Of a stretch of 64,000 nucleotides of DNA, positions 12,330 to 23,520 are shown one piece after another. The stretch is taken from assembly GCF_020745735.1 (NCBI RefSeq), contig NW_026867442.1, positions 297,040 through 361,039 of the forward strand, in the 5' to 3' direction. This DNA comes from Hemiscyllium ocellatum. Lineage: Eukaryota. Numbering within the stretch: position 1 is the stretch's first letter; every line of letters begins with the position of its first letter. The position numbers and the translations under genes were made by a program. The notes under the pieces are model-generated. The model did no database searches. It saw only the letters and a list, made by a program, of their open reading frames with translations, and was not told the origin of the DNA.

Positions 12330-13490
12330 TTTGCAAAGAGATAATCCAAGAGTGGAGAGAGTGTGCATCCATGTGGGAACTTCAGAATGTTTCCCAGCTC
12401 CTGGAATACCATGAGTACAGGAAGTGTGGTCAGTGACAGCAGTTGGAGCTCCGGGTTTCGGAGCTTGAGCAGCAGCTGGTGTCAGTGCGGAGCGTCCGTG
12501 AGGCTGAGAGCTCCGTGAAGAGCACGTTTCTAGCTGTGGTCACTCCGCAGCTTCAGAGTATGCAGGGAGAGAGGGAATGGGGGAGCAGCAGACAGTCCAA
12601 AAGGACCAGGCAGCTAGTACAGGAATCCCTGTACTACTCTCCAACCAGGATTCAGTTCAGAATCCTGATGAGAATGATGGTTCATCTGGGGAGTGCAGCC
12701 AGTGCCAGGTCCATGGCACCACGGGGGGCTCAGCTGTACAGGGGGGCACAAGGAAGACTGGAAGAGTGATAGTGAGAGGAGATTGGAGAGTGAGGGCAGT
12801 CGATAGGTGTTTCTGCAGCTGCAGATGGGAATCCAGGATGGTGTGTTGTCTCCCTGGTGCCAGCGTCAAGGATGTCACTGAGCGGCTGCAGACCACCCTG
12901 AGGGGAGAGGGGGAACAGGCAGCAGTAATGGTCTACATCAGTCCCAGTGACAGAGGGAGAAAAGGGATGTGGTCCTGCAGTCAGAGTTTTGGAGCTTCCT
13001 ACTTTTAAGTAGTGTGGAGCTTCCTACTTTTGAGTTCCTCCTGCTAATTAGTAGCAGGAACTCAAAAGTAGGAATCTCCAGATTACTCCCAGTGCCCCAC
13101 GCAAGTGAAGAAGGGCTCAGGCCCGAAACGTCGACTCTCCTGCTCCTTGGATGCTGCCTGACCTGCTGCGCTTTTCCAGCAACACATTTTCAGCACCCCA
13201 CACAAGTGAGAATAGAATCAGGAGGTGAACACAGGTGATTGCTGGGCTGGAAAGAGGATCCATGAGGGAGGGCTTTAGATTTTTGTGAGGTGGTTTACTA
13301 CTGTTAAAGAGGGTTTAAACTAACTTGGCAGGGCTGTGGGAGCCAGGGGCGAATATCAGAGAGGAACACCAAGGACCACAGAATCCTCAGAGCAGTCAAT
13401 AAGTCACCACCCAGTGGGAAGGATGTGGAGAAATACAAATGCAAGGAATTTACAGAGACCTGCAAATATGATAGAGCCGTTATAAATGGG
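12330..13490 (+). mobile_element. CR1 ORF1 remnant (coiled coil plus SGNH esterase)
   Basis: LELRVSELEQQLVSVRSVRE and IVRGDW...MVCCLPGASVKDVTERLQTTLRGEGEQ. Mirrored at 57420-58500. Confidence 0.75.
13109..13195 (+). mobile_element. Left-arm-only family-C Penelope-tail insertion with 14-bp target duplication
   Basis: Flanked by ccccacgcaagtga (13095-13108) and ccccacacaagtga (13196-13209). The right arm has one uninterrupted site near 57825-57840. Confidence 0.75.
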
Positions 13491-13609
13491 GGAGGGGGGG
13501 GTCTTTAATTTCTGAATATAGTGACCAGAGTGACAAGAGTATGTTTTGGTGAATTTTCAGGTGGCATTGGTGGCTTAGTGGTGGATCGGGTTGTGGGGGT
13601 TCGGGTCAG

Positions 13610-13925
13610 CATAGTGGCTCAGTGGTTAGCACTGCAGCCTCATAGTACCAGGGTCTCAGGTTCAATTCCAGCCTTGGGTGACTGTCTGTGTGGAGTTTGC
13701 ACATTCTCCCTGTGTCTGCGTGTTTTTCCTCCGGGTGCTCTGGTTTCCTTCCACAGTCCAAAGATGTGCAGGTCAGGTGAATTGGCCATGCTAAATTGTC
13801 CATAGTGTTTGATGCATTACTGAGAGGGAAATGGGTCTGGGTGGGTTACTCTTCGGAGATCGGTGTGGACTTGTTGGGCCGAAGGGCCTGTTTCCACACT
13901 GTAGAGAATCTAATCTAATCATTGG
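13610..13925 (+). mobile_element. HE1-type SINE
   Basis: tggctcagtggttagcactgcagcctc...ggttcaattcc...ccaaagatgtgcaggtcaggtgaattggccatgc...gggccgaagggcctgtttccacactg. Confidence 0.85.
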
Positions 13926-13929
13926 CAGT

Positions 13930-16075
13930 GAAGAAGGCTGTCTAAGAATACAATGGAATCTTGACCAACTGGGCCAGTGGGCTGTGGACTGGCAGATGGA
14001 GTTTAATTCAGATAAATGTGAGTGCTATATTTTGGTAAGACACAAGAGATGGGTGAGATCCTGAACAAATATTTTAGGCAGTATATATTGTGGGGAAAGC
14101 TAGGGAATTTGGAAAAATAGTGATGTCTTGAAAAGAGAACACATATAAATGAGGAGACGCTAAAGATCTTAAAACACATAAAGGTAGATAAACCCTAGGA
14201 CCTGATCAGGTATATCCCAGAACATTGTGGCAACTGGGGAAGAGATTTTTGGGACCCTTGCTGAGATATATGTATCATCGGCAACCATGGATAAGGTGCT
14301 GGAGAAACAGAGAGGTTGGCTAAGATTATGCCATTATTTCTGAAAGGAAAAGCGAGGGAACTATAGACCAGCGAGCCTGATGTCAGTGCTGGGTAAGATG
14401 TTGGAGTGGATTCTGTGGGACAGGATTTACATCGTTTGGATAATCAGTGTGGCTTTGTGCATAGGAAATCATGTCTCCTGAATTTGATTCAGGAGGTGAC
14501 AAAAAGGATTGATGAAGACAGAACAGTAGACATTGTCAATATGGACTTCAGAGTAAAGTGTTGACAAGGTTCCACATGATAGACTGGTTAGTAAAGTTAG
14601 ACCACATGGGATCCAGGGGGAGCGAGCCATTGGAGTCAAAAAATTGGCTTGAAGATTGGAGGCAGAGAGTGGTGGTAAAAGGTTGCTTTTCAGACTGGAG
14701 ATCTGTGAATAGCTGTGTGCCACAAGGATTGGTGCTGAGTCCACAAATGCTTTTCATCATTTAAAGAAATGATTTGGATGTGAATATAGGAGTTACGGTA
14801 AGTTTGTAAATGACACCAAAATTGGTGGGACAGTGGATAGTGAAGAAGATTATCTCAGGGTACAGCGGGACCTTGATCAGATGGGGCAATGGGCAGAAGA
14901 GTGGCAAATGGAGTTCAGTTTAGATAAATGTGAGATGTTGCATTTTGGAAAGGCAAACCAGTGCAGGAGTTATACAGTTAATGGGAGGGCCCTGTGGAGT
15001 GTTGCTGAATAACAGACCTAGGGGTGAAGATGCAGGTACATTATTCCTTGAAAGTGGGTCACAGGTAGACAGGGTGATGAAGAAGGTGTTTGGTTTGCTT
15101 GCTTTTGTTCATCACTGCATTGAGTACAGGAGTTGGAACATCATGTTACAGCAGTACAGGAGATTGGTGAGGCCAATTTGGGAATGATGTGAACAATCCT
15201 ATCATCCTGAGACAGGAAGGATGTTGTTAAACTTAAAAAGCTGCAGAAAAGATTTACATGGATGTGGCCAGGATTTGGAGGATTTGAGCTGTCAGGAAAG
15301 GCTGAAGAAACTGGGGCTATATTCCCTGCAGCATCTAAGGCCTCGGGGTGACGTTATAGATGTTTATAAAACCATGAGGGGCATGGACAGGGTGTATATC
15401 CAAGGTCTTTTCCGTGGGAAAGGGATTCCAAAACAAGAGGACATAAGTTTAAGGTGAGAGGCAAAAGATTCAAAAGGGACCTGAGGGGTAACTTGTCACA
15501 CAGAGGGTGGTGCGTGTCTGGATTGAGCTGCCAGAGAAAGTGTTGGAGGTGGATACAATTACAGCATTTAAAACACATTGGGATGGGAACATGGATAGGA
15601 AGGGTTTAGAGGGATGTAAGCCAAATGCTGGCAAATGGGATGAGGTCAGTTTAGGATATTTGGTTAGCATGGACAAGTTGGACTGAAAGGTCTGTTTCCA
15701 CGCTGTATGACTCCATGACTATGAGCGGCTGGAAAAGCTGAGACTTCTTACCCTGAAGCGGAAGGTTCTGAGGAGTGACCTTTGTAGAGGTTTGGAAAAT
15801 CATGAGGGACATAGATAATGTGAAGAATTCTGGAAGGAGGCGAATGTTTTGTAGCGATGGCAAATATTATTCCTCAAGATCATTCCAGGGATGAGGAACA
15901 TCAGTTATGAAGTTTGTTTGGAGAATTTGGGACTGTCTTCTTTGGAGAAGGCTGAGAGGAGATTTGTTCAAGGAAATCAAAATCAGGAGGGGCCTGGACA
16001 GAGTAAATAGGGAGAAAATGTTCCCAATTAAGAAAGGATTCAGACCAAGAGACCACAGATTGAAAGCAATTGGGA
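13930..16075 (+). mobile_element. Decayed CR1 RT and 3' fragments
   Basis: WRSVNSCVPQGLVLSPQMLFII, IEYRSWNIMLQQYRRLVRP, RRLRGDLFKE. Mirrored at 54040-56850. Confidence 0.8.
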
Positions 16076-16403
16076 ATATTAGACTAGACTTTTATATTAG
16101 ACTACTTACAGTGTGGAAACAGGCCCTTCGGCCCAACAAGTCCACACCGACCTGCCGAAGCGTAACCCACCCATACCCCTACATTTACCCCTTACCTAAC
16201 ACTACGGGCAATTTAGCATGGCCAATTCACCTGACCCGCACATCTTTGGACTGGGGGAGGAAACCGGAGCACCCGGAGAAAACCCACGCAGACGCGGGGA
16301 GAACGTGCAAACTCCACACAGTCAGTCGTCTGAGTCGGGAATTGAACCAGGGTCTCAGGCGCTGTGAGGCAGCAGTGCTAACCACTGTGTCACCGTGCCG
16401 CCC
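16076..16403 (-). mobile_element. Full-length CpG-rich HE1 SINE, left arm only
   Basis: Begins gggcggcacggtgacacagtggttagcactgctgcctcacagcgcc and ends in a short tagtc/taatc tail. The right-arm homologue near 54300-54320 is uninterrupted. Confidence 0.88.
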
Positions 16404-17120
16404 TCAAAAGTAACAAGTGAGATGGGGAACAGCATTTTCAGCCAGTGGGTGGTTAAGGTGTGGAATGCACTGCCTGAGAGTGTGGTGGAGGCAGCTTCAA
16501 TTAAAACATTCCGAAGGGAATGAGACTGTTCCTTTTCAAATAACAATGTGCAGGGTGACAGGGAGAAGGCAGGAGAATGACACTCAGTGAATTATTCATT
16601 CAGAGAGCCGGTCCAGACAGGATGGGTGGAATGGCCTCCTTGTGCACTGTAACAATTCTGTGATTGTGTGATTGAGCAGAGTTAAAGCTGGGGGAGGTGG
16701 GAGCTCGGTGTCTCACTGTGCTGCTGCTGCTGCTGCTGCTGCTGCTGAGGTCAGTGAGATCAGAGACTGGGACAGGGAGCCAGAGCTCACATCAAACTCT
16801 GCCCCGTGTCCGTCACACTGAGACTGGCAGGAGGCTACTCACTGATTTCACTCCATGCTGCAGGAATGGGACCACAGGCTGCAAATGGACAGAGCTCCTC
16901 CACACAGTGAGTAAACCTGACTGACTTCTGCCTTGCTGCTTAAGCGGGGCAATGGAACTAAAGAAGTACAGCTGGACACCCTGTTCGACACAGTGCTCCT
17001 CAATCAACCATTTCATTCATTCAGCTTCCCACTAACACCTTCAACAAATCAGCATTTGTGTTTTAGAAAGTGTATTTCAGTATTAACAGGGTTAATAACG
17101 GACAATTGAGGTTTACTTGC

Positions 17121-17155
17121 TCAGTCTGAGTTTGGTTCCTTTACCGAACGTCTAC
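17121..17155 (-). pseudogene. IGKJ: Ig kappa-type J segment, left cluster (possibly impaired)
   Basis: g TAG acg ttc ggt aaa gga acc aaa ctc aga ctg a = *TFGKGTKLRL(S), with the FGxG motif. The donor reads GCAAGT instead of GTAAGT. Confidence 0.85.
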
Positions 17156-17194
17156 CACAGTGAGAGCTCCCAGTGCAGAGGCTGTACAAAAACC
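17156..17194 (-). promoter_or_regulatory. 23-bp-spacer RSS of the left J
   Basis: On + it reads CACAGTG (17156-17162), a 23-nt spacer and ACAAAAACC (17186-17194), i.e. perfect consensus. Confidence 0.95.
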
Positions 17195-17579
17195 TCAGCT
17201 CTCTGCTTCCCTCTTATCACTGTCAACCTCTCCCTGTCTCTCTCTGTCTCTGTCTATTCTTGGTCAATCTCATTCACTCCCTACCCCTCTCTGTCTCTCC
17301 CTCGTTCATGTGTCTTTCTCTCTCTGTCTCCCTGGGTTGTGTCCAGCTACTCTTGGGGGTTTGTGAAATTTAGTTTTCATTGTTAAATCTTGCAGCTGTT
17401 CTTCACATTCGGCTATGGAGTGTAAGAGGGAAACTTGAGGCCTTCAGTGAGCGGTGGACACCACAGGGACTGGAGTGTGTAGTGGACAGTGACAATCCCA
17501 GCATGGGGTAATTTCTTCAATTTACTTTATATGTAACTGTTGGATGTGTCAGTACAGGAGGTGGTGTTGTGCGTGTTGA

Positions 17580-17607
17580 GGTTTTTGTATGGCTCTGTAT
17601 CACTGTA
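17580..17607 (-). promoter_or_regulatory. Defective 12-RSS of the left V
   Basis: Heptamer TACAGTG (first C of the invariant CAC is lost), 12-nt spacer atacagagccat, nonamer ACAAAAACC. Confidence 0.85.
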
Positions 17608-17891
17608 AAGGCTGCTGCTATACTGCTGACAGTAATAGTCAGCGACATCTTCATTCTGAACGTTGCTGATTGTCAGGGTGAAACTGGTCCCTGATCCACT
17701 GCCGGTGAATCGATTGGAGACTCCTGTGAATCAATTTGTTGCAGCATAGATCAGGAGAGAGGGTTTCTGACCTTCTCACTGCTGGAACCAAGCAAGGTAG
17801 CTACTAATGCTTTGACTGGTCATACAGGTGGTAATTGCAGTATGGCCCAGCACCAGGGAAGACTGGGTCATGATGATGTCCCCACTGATAT
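17608..17891 (-). pseudogene. IGKV: Ig kappa-type V exon pseudogene
   Basis: [53 protein letters not shown]...[10 protein letters not shown]. Two CGA>TGA stops and a 12-nt FR1 deletion relative to the right V. Confidence 0.93.
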
Positions 17892-18077
17892 CTGAGAGGT
17901 CAGAGAGAAACACAGTGAAGTCAGAACTGTCACAGAAAGAGCCGGTCAAATGAGAGATTGTTGGAGACACTGAGCATTCCTCTGGTTTCAGCATTTTCCC
18001 TTGAATCACAAGTCAGTGGAATTGGAGTGAAATGGAGTACAGCTAAAGATTCAAGGTGGAAGGAGAGAGATTTATAC

Positions 18078-18126
18078 CTGCGACACAGAATGCCAGGGGC
18101 CAGATCAGCTGGATGTGTGAAATCAT
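18078..18126 (-). pseudogene. Leader exon of the left V
   Basis: ATG...MISHIQLIWPLAFCVA(G), 49 nt, GT donor; identical to the right leader. Confidence 0.9.
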
Positions 18127-18186
18127 GGTGTGTGCTCCTGTCCCTGTGCCTGGTTCCTGATAAACTCTCCCTTCACTGGGCTCTGT

Positions 18187-18266
18187 TTTATAAAGCTGCA
18201 GCCTGTGAGAGTCTGACTGGGTGTTCCTCAGTATGTAAATGGCATCAGGCAGAGAGAGCCACGTCA
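18187..18266 (-). promoter_or_regulatory. Left V promoter (TATA, octamer variant, CRE-like)
   Basis: TATAAA 18187-18192, ATTTACAT 18233-18240 and TGACGT 18261-18266, all on the minus strand; (GA)n tract immediately upstream. Confidence 0.7.
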
Positions 18267-18391
18267 GCCCCTCACACTTCCTCTTCTCTCTCTCTCTCTC
18301 TCTCTCGCTCAGAGAATCATTGATGTGAACAACATTGAATGAGGCCATTTGGCCCAATGTGTCTGTGTGAGTAAACAAAGATCTAATGACA

Positions 18392-18970
18392 CTAATCCCA
18401 CCCTCCAGCTCTTGGCCCGTTACCCTGGAGCCTGTAGCAACACAAGGGAATATCTAAACACTGCTCCAATGTCACGAGTGTTTGTGAGTCAACCAGCCTT
18501 TCAGGCAGTGAGTTCAAGACTCCCACCACCCTCTGGGTGAGAACATTTCTCCTCAATTCTCCTCTCACTCCAATTCGACTGTGCTTGGACTCACTCAAGT
18601 TCAGAAGGATGAGAGGGAATCTGATTGAAATGCATAAAATTCTAACAGGGCTGGGCAGGGAGGAGGTTTCCCTGGTTGGGAAGTCTCGAATCAGGGGACC
18701 CAGTCTCAGAGGGATACAGGGTAGACCATTTTCGACTGAGATGAGGAAACATTTCTTCACTCAAAGGGTAGGACAACTGTGGAACCCAAGGAACTGAATA
18801 AATTCAAGAAAAAGAGAGAGATAATTATTTTGCATTTTAACAGCATGAAGGGAATGGGGAGAAAGCAGGAATATGGTTTTGAGATGGAGGATCAGCCATG
18901 ATCATAATGAATGACAGAGCAGGCTCAAAGGGCCAAAAGGCCTACTCCAGTTCCGAGTTTCTATGTGTCC
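18392..18970. mobile_element. Two CR1 3' fragments in opposite orientations upstream of the V promoter
   Basis: ELRRNVLTQRVVGVLNSLPE (minus) and RRMRGNLIEMHKILTGL (plus). Mirrored at 51620-52310. Confidence 0.75.
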
Positions 18971-19199
18971 ATGTCTGTGTTACCTGGGACACAGGTTATT
19001 GAGTCCTTTACTGATATATAAAGTGTCTTCTTACCCACGGTATCACTGCCCCAAATAATCTTATCCCCCTCTATCATGTCCCCTCTCAGCCTTCACTGCT
19101 CCAAGGAAACAATCCCAACCTTTCCAAGATTTCCCCACAGCTGACCCTCCATCCCAGGCAGCATCTTGGTAAATCTCTGCACCCTCTCAAGTACAATCA

Positions 19200-19655
19200 C
19201 ATCCTTCTCAGAATGTGTTGACCAGGACCTATCCACCTCTCTCTCTCTGTCTCACATCTGCCACTTCTTTCTCTCTATCCCTCTCTCTCCTACTGTTAAT
19301 CTCTTTCATGTTCTCTCTCTCTCACTCTGTCTCATAGCCACTCTCCCCAATTCACTCATGCTTTCTCACTCCATCTCATAATCTTTATTTTTCCATCTCT
19401 CACTGTCTCCATAACTCCTTCCCCCTCTCGCTTCAATTTAAATCCTCTGTTATCTCTCCTCTCTATACCTCCCTCTGTCTCTCCCTCTCTGTATTCCCAA
19501 TCTACAGTCGCACTCCCTCCCTCTCTGTCATTCTGTTTCTGATCGTACTCATGTGTCTCTCTCTCTCTCTCTCTCTCTCTGTCACACACACACACACACA
19601 CACACACACGTACAGACACTCACCCTTTGTCTCTGACTCACTTCTCTCTCTTTCT
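19200..19655. repeat. CT-rich tract with (CT)n(CA)n microsatellite
   Basis: Direct inspection; pure run at ~19555-19612. Mirrored as a GA-rich tract at 50645-51350. Confidence 0.85.
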
Positions 19656-20154
19656 CACAGTGTCCCAGGTTGTGGCAGTTGAATTCAGGATGTATCTCCC
19701 TCTCTCTGCTCCACTCATGGATGTTAACCCTTGACCCCAGAAGCATGTTTTCTCCTGGAGTAAGGCCCCATTTTCCACATTGACCTGGATTTGGCCTCTC
19801 TCAGAAAGATGGCTAGATTCTTGTCAAATGAAGGGCAGTTCTATGCTGTTGGCTGGTTCTCATTGGGGACTGGTTTGGACACAAAGCTCATTCCATGAAG
19901 GCCCAGCAGAGAGAGGAGATCCTCAGGCCATCAGTGTGAGCTGGGGGGACAGCACAGGCTCTGACTCACTGATCCAGCCTGTCCATTCACAACATTTTCC
20001 AATCCCTTCCCCTCTCCTACCCCTCTCTTTCCCTTTCCATGATCAGTCTATGAGTCAGGGTGTTTTACTGGGATGTGGATTGAACCATTACACAGTTACA
20101 ACAGAAAGGAACCGAACCCCACACTCACCTTGGAGTCCATGATGCACTGGACTC

Positions 20155-21720
20155 TCCTACAGAGTCCAGTAAACATGGCCTCCTTCCTGCAGGAGCCTCC
20201 ACTAGAGACCAGTAAACATTGGTCTCCTTCTGACTGGATCCTCCAAGACAAACCAATAAATATGGGCCTCCTAATCACTGGAACTTCCAATGGAGATGAG
20301 TAGATGGTTGAGTTTTTGAAGAAGTAAGCAAGAAGATAGGTAAAGATGGAGTAGTACACTCTGTCTACATGGAGTTAATACAAGGTTCCCTATGGTAGAC
20401 TGCTCAGTAAGATTATATCACACAGGATCCAGGGAGAGCTCACCAATTGGATATAAAATTGGCCTGATGGTAGGAGGCTGAGGCTGGTGAGAGAGGGTTG
20501 TTCTTCAGACTGGAGGCCAGTGACCAACTGCCTGTCACAAGAATCGATCCTGGATCCACTGTTGTTCATCATTTATATGAACAATTTGGATGAGAAAATA
20601 GAAGGAATGGTCAGTAAGTTTGTGGCTGACGTTAAAATTGTTGGCATAGTGGACAGGGAAGAAGGTTATCCAAGAGTGCAATGTCATCTTGATCAACTGG
20701 GCCAGTGGGTCAACAAATCTAGATGGAATTTCTGATAAATGGAAGGAGTTGCATTTTGGTAAGACAAACCAGGGCAGGAATTACACAATTAATGGTAGAG
20801 CCATGGGGAGTGTTGTTGAACAGAGAGACTGAGGGGTACAGGTACATAGTTCCTTGGAAGTGGGGTCACAGGTAGACAGGGTGGTGAAGAAAGTATTTGG
20901 CATGCTCACCTTCACTAGTCAAAGCAGGGAGTACAGGAGCTGGGACATCATGTTACAGCTGTACAAGGCATTGGGAAGGCCACATTTGGACACAGTACAT
21001 TTCTGCTCACCCTGCTCTCGGAAGGAAGTTATGACAGTGGTTTGAATAAAAGAAAGATTAACAGGGATGTTATCAAGATTGGAGGATTTGAATTACAAGA
21101 TGAGGATGAATAGGCCAAGATGTTTTTCCAGGGAATGCAGGAGATTGAGGGGTGACCTTATAGAGGTTGTAGAATCATGAGGGTCATAGATAAGGTGAAT
21201 AGTCAAAGTCTTTTCCCCAGGGTAGGAGAGTCCAGTACTAGAAGGAGTAGGCTTAAGTTGAGAGGGGAAAGAATTAGAAGGAAACTGAGAGGCAACATTT
21301 TCACACAGAGGTTAGTGTGTATGTGTAATGAGCTGCCAGAAGAATTCGTAGAGGTGAGTACAATTACTACATTTCAAGGACATTTTTACAGGAACATGGA
21401 TAGGAAGGATTTAGAGAGAATTGGGCCAAACACATGCAAATGGGACTAGTTCAGTTTTGGATACTTGGTCGGCATGGATGATTTGAGCTGAACGGCCTGA
21501 TCCCATGCTGTAAACCTCTATGACTCTTTGATGATGATGATGTATACATGGACCACCTTCCAATAGACACGAATAAACATGGACCGCTTTCCCCTAGAAC
21601 CTCCAAAAGACACCAATAAACAGGGACCTCCTTCCCACTGGATGCTCCTGAAGAGACCAGTAAACATGGCCCTCCTTCCCTCAGGACTGTCCAGCACCTG
21701 AGCTGCAAACTCCACATCCT
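20155..21720. repeat. ~45-55 bp tandem units (ccagtaaacatggcc-like) split by a CR1 insertion
   Basis: Units at 20155-20290 and 21545-21700 flank a plus-strand CR1 RT/3' fragment (~20300-21520). Confidence 0.55.
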
Positions 21721-22899
21721 CTCCGTCACGTATGCCTCTTATTTCAATCTCAACAACATTGTCTCTGCACTACCTCGGCCCCTTGACCACAGAAACCCTA
21801 ATTCCTGCTCGTCCTGCCCCCTAACTCTTATGGTTCCAATGTCCTCTCCCAGCTTCCTAAAGCCATGTTCCATAAACTCCAACTTGTCTGATATGGAGTG
21901 GGCCCTTCCCTGTCTTATCCATCTGTCATTCCAGAATGACCCCTGACCTCACTGCTAGCCAATTGCCTCCATGGCCTCCCTCCTCCCTCCGTCTGTGTCC
22001 TGCTGCAGACTCACATTCCCTCTCTCCCCTTCCATCTTCTGTCTCTGGGCTCCTGCCCATTGCTGCTTGCTCCATCCCACCACTGACAGCAGAGCCTTCA
22101 GACCCCTACAGCATGCTCTCTGACCTCCTGCCCTTGATCCCTCCCCCTCTCAATGGTTGTGCTATTGAATATACTGTTCAATCCCATCACTTTTGGTTCA
22201 CTGTTCCCTTGCCATTGATTTGCTGAATTATTCCTCATCAGTAAATCTAGTCTGGCCTGTTCCCTGAGTTGGTTCAAGAGAGTTTTCCTTGAGAAAACAC
22301 TCTTCTGTAAACTGGGTTGTCTGTTTCTCCCAGTCTTTGTGTAAAGGTGAGTCTAAGTGTGTGTAAGCTCTTATACAGCACAGACAGAGGTCACTGGGCT
22401 AATTGTGACTGTTAGTCAAATGAGTCCAATGAGTCCCATTTCCCCAGCCCTTCCTGTATAAACCTGCAATTGTTTCCATTTCAGCTATTTCTCCAAATGC
22501 CCTTTTGAAAGTTGCTGTTGAATCCACTTCCACTCACCTTGCAGACAGTCATCATGAACTCGCTGGATAAAAAATGTTCCTATCTTCTCTCTTGTGCTTT
22601 AGACTCTTTCTGAAATGTGTGCCCTCTGGTTACTGACCCTCCTGCCTGGAGAAACAATTTGTCCTGTATTTACTGCATCCAAACTCTCTAATTGTGAACC
22701 CCTCATTGAGTGAGATCTATTTCCAGCACAAGGGGAGAACATTCAGCCTGTTAGGTAAATGCTGTCATTTCATGGAGCAATCCAGTCAGTCCCACCCCCT
22801 CCCCGACTCGACCCCCAGAGCCTTGCAGGTTTATTTCCATCAAGAGCCCATCCAATCTGCCATTGCAATCACTGAGTGTCTTCACCTGTCTCACCTGAA

Positions 22900-23520
22900 T
22901 GGGCACTAATTTCCAAGACTTTGCCAATTGCTGCTAAAATCAAAGTTCTTTCTGACATTCCATTTCTCTTGCCTAACAGAATGCAAGATAATCTCAAAGG
23001 GAAGACAGGATTTTGTCTCCACACGGACTGTGCGGTGGTCACCCTTACTGATACTGTCATGGACAGATACACCAGCAGCAGGCAGGTTGGTGAGGCTGAT
23101 ACTGAGTATGTTTTTCCCTCTTGTTGGTTCCCTCACCACCTGTCCCAGGTCCAGTCTAGCAGCTGAATCAGGTGGAACCTGACCAGCTTGCTCAGTAGTG
23201 ATGCTTCTGAGCAGCTCTTGATGATGGGCTTTGAAGTCCCTTACTCAGAGTATATCCTGCATCATTCCCATCCTCAGTGCTCCCTCCAAGTGTTGTTCAA
23301 CATGGAGGAGGACTGACTGCTCAGTTGAGGTTGGAGGGGAGGGCGGTGCTATGTGGTAATCAGCAGGAGGTTTCCTTCCCCATGTTTGACCTGCTGTCAT
23401 GAGGCTTCATGGGTTCTATAGTTAATGGTGCTCTCAGGGCAACTCCCTTCCGACTGTACACACCACTGTGTTGCCTCCCCTGCTTGGTCTATCCTGCCAG
23501 TTAAAACTGAATGAGGGAAG
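22900..23520 (-). mobile_element. LINE APE-endonuclease fragment
   Basis: VREPTRGKNIL...VHDSISKGDHRTVRVETKS. A same-orientation relative at 48750-49780 is therefore an independent insertion. Confidence 0.7.

Noticed and set aside
16697-16924. ORF MGARCLTVLLLLLLLLLRS... resembling a secreted protein
   Set aside because: It starts at GTG, the poly-Leu is a (CTG)n microsatellite of different length in the two arms, and the right-arm copy changes frame by 1 nt. Not supported as coding.
20155-21720. CRISPR-like repeat-spacer array
   Set aside because: Degenerate tandem units without unique spacers in a vertebrate genome, with no cas genes.
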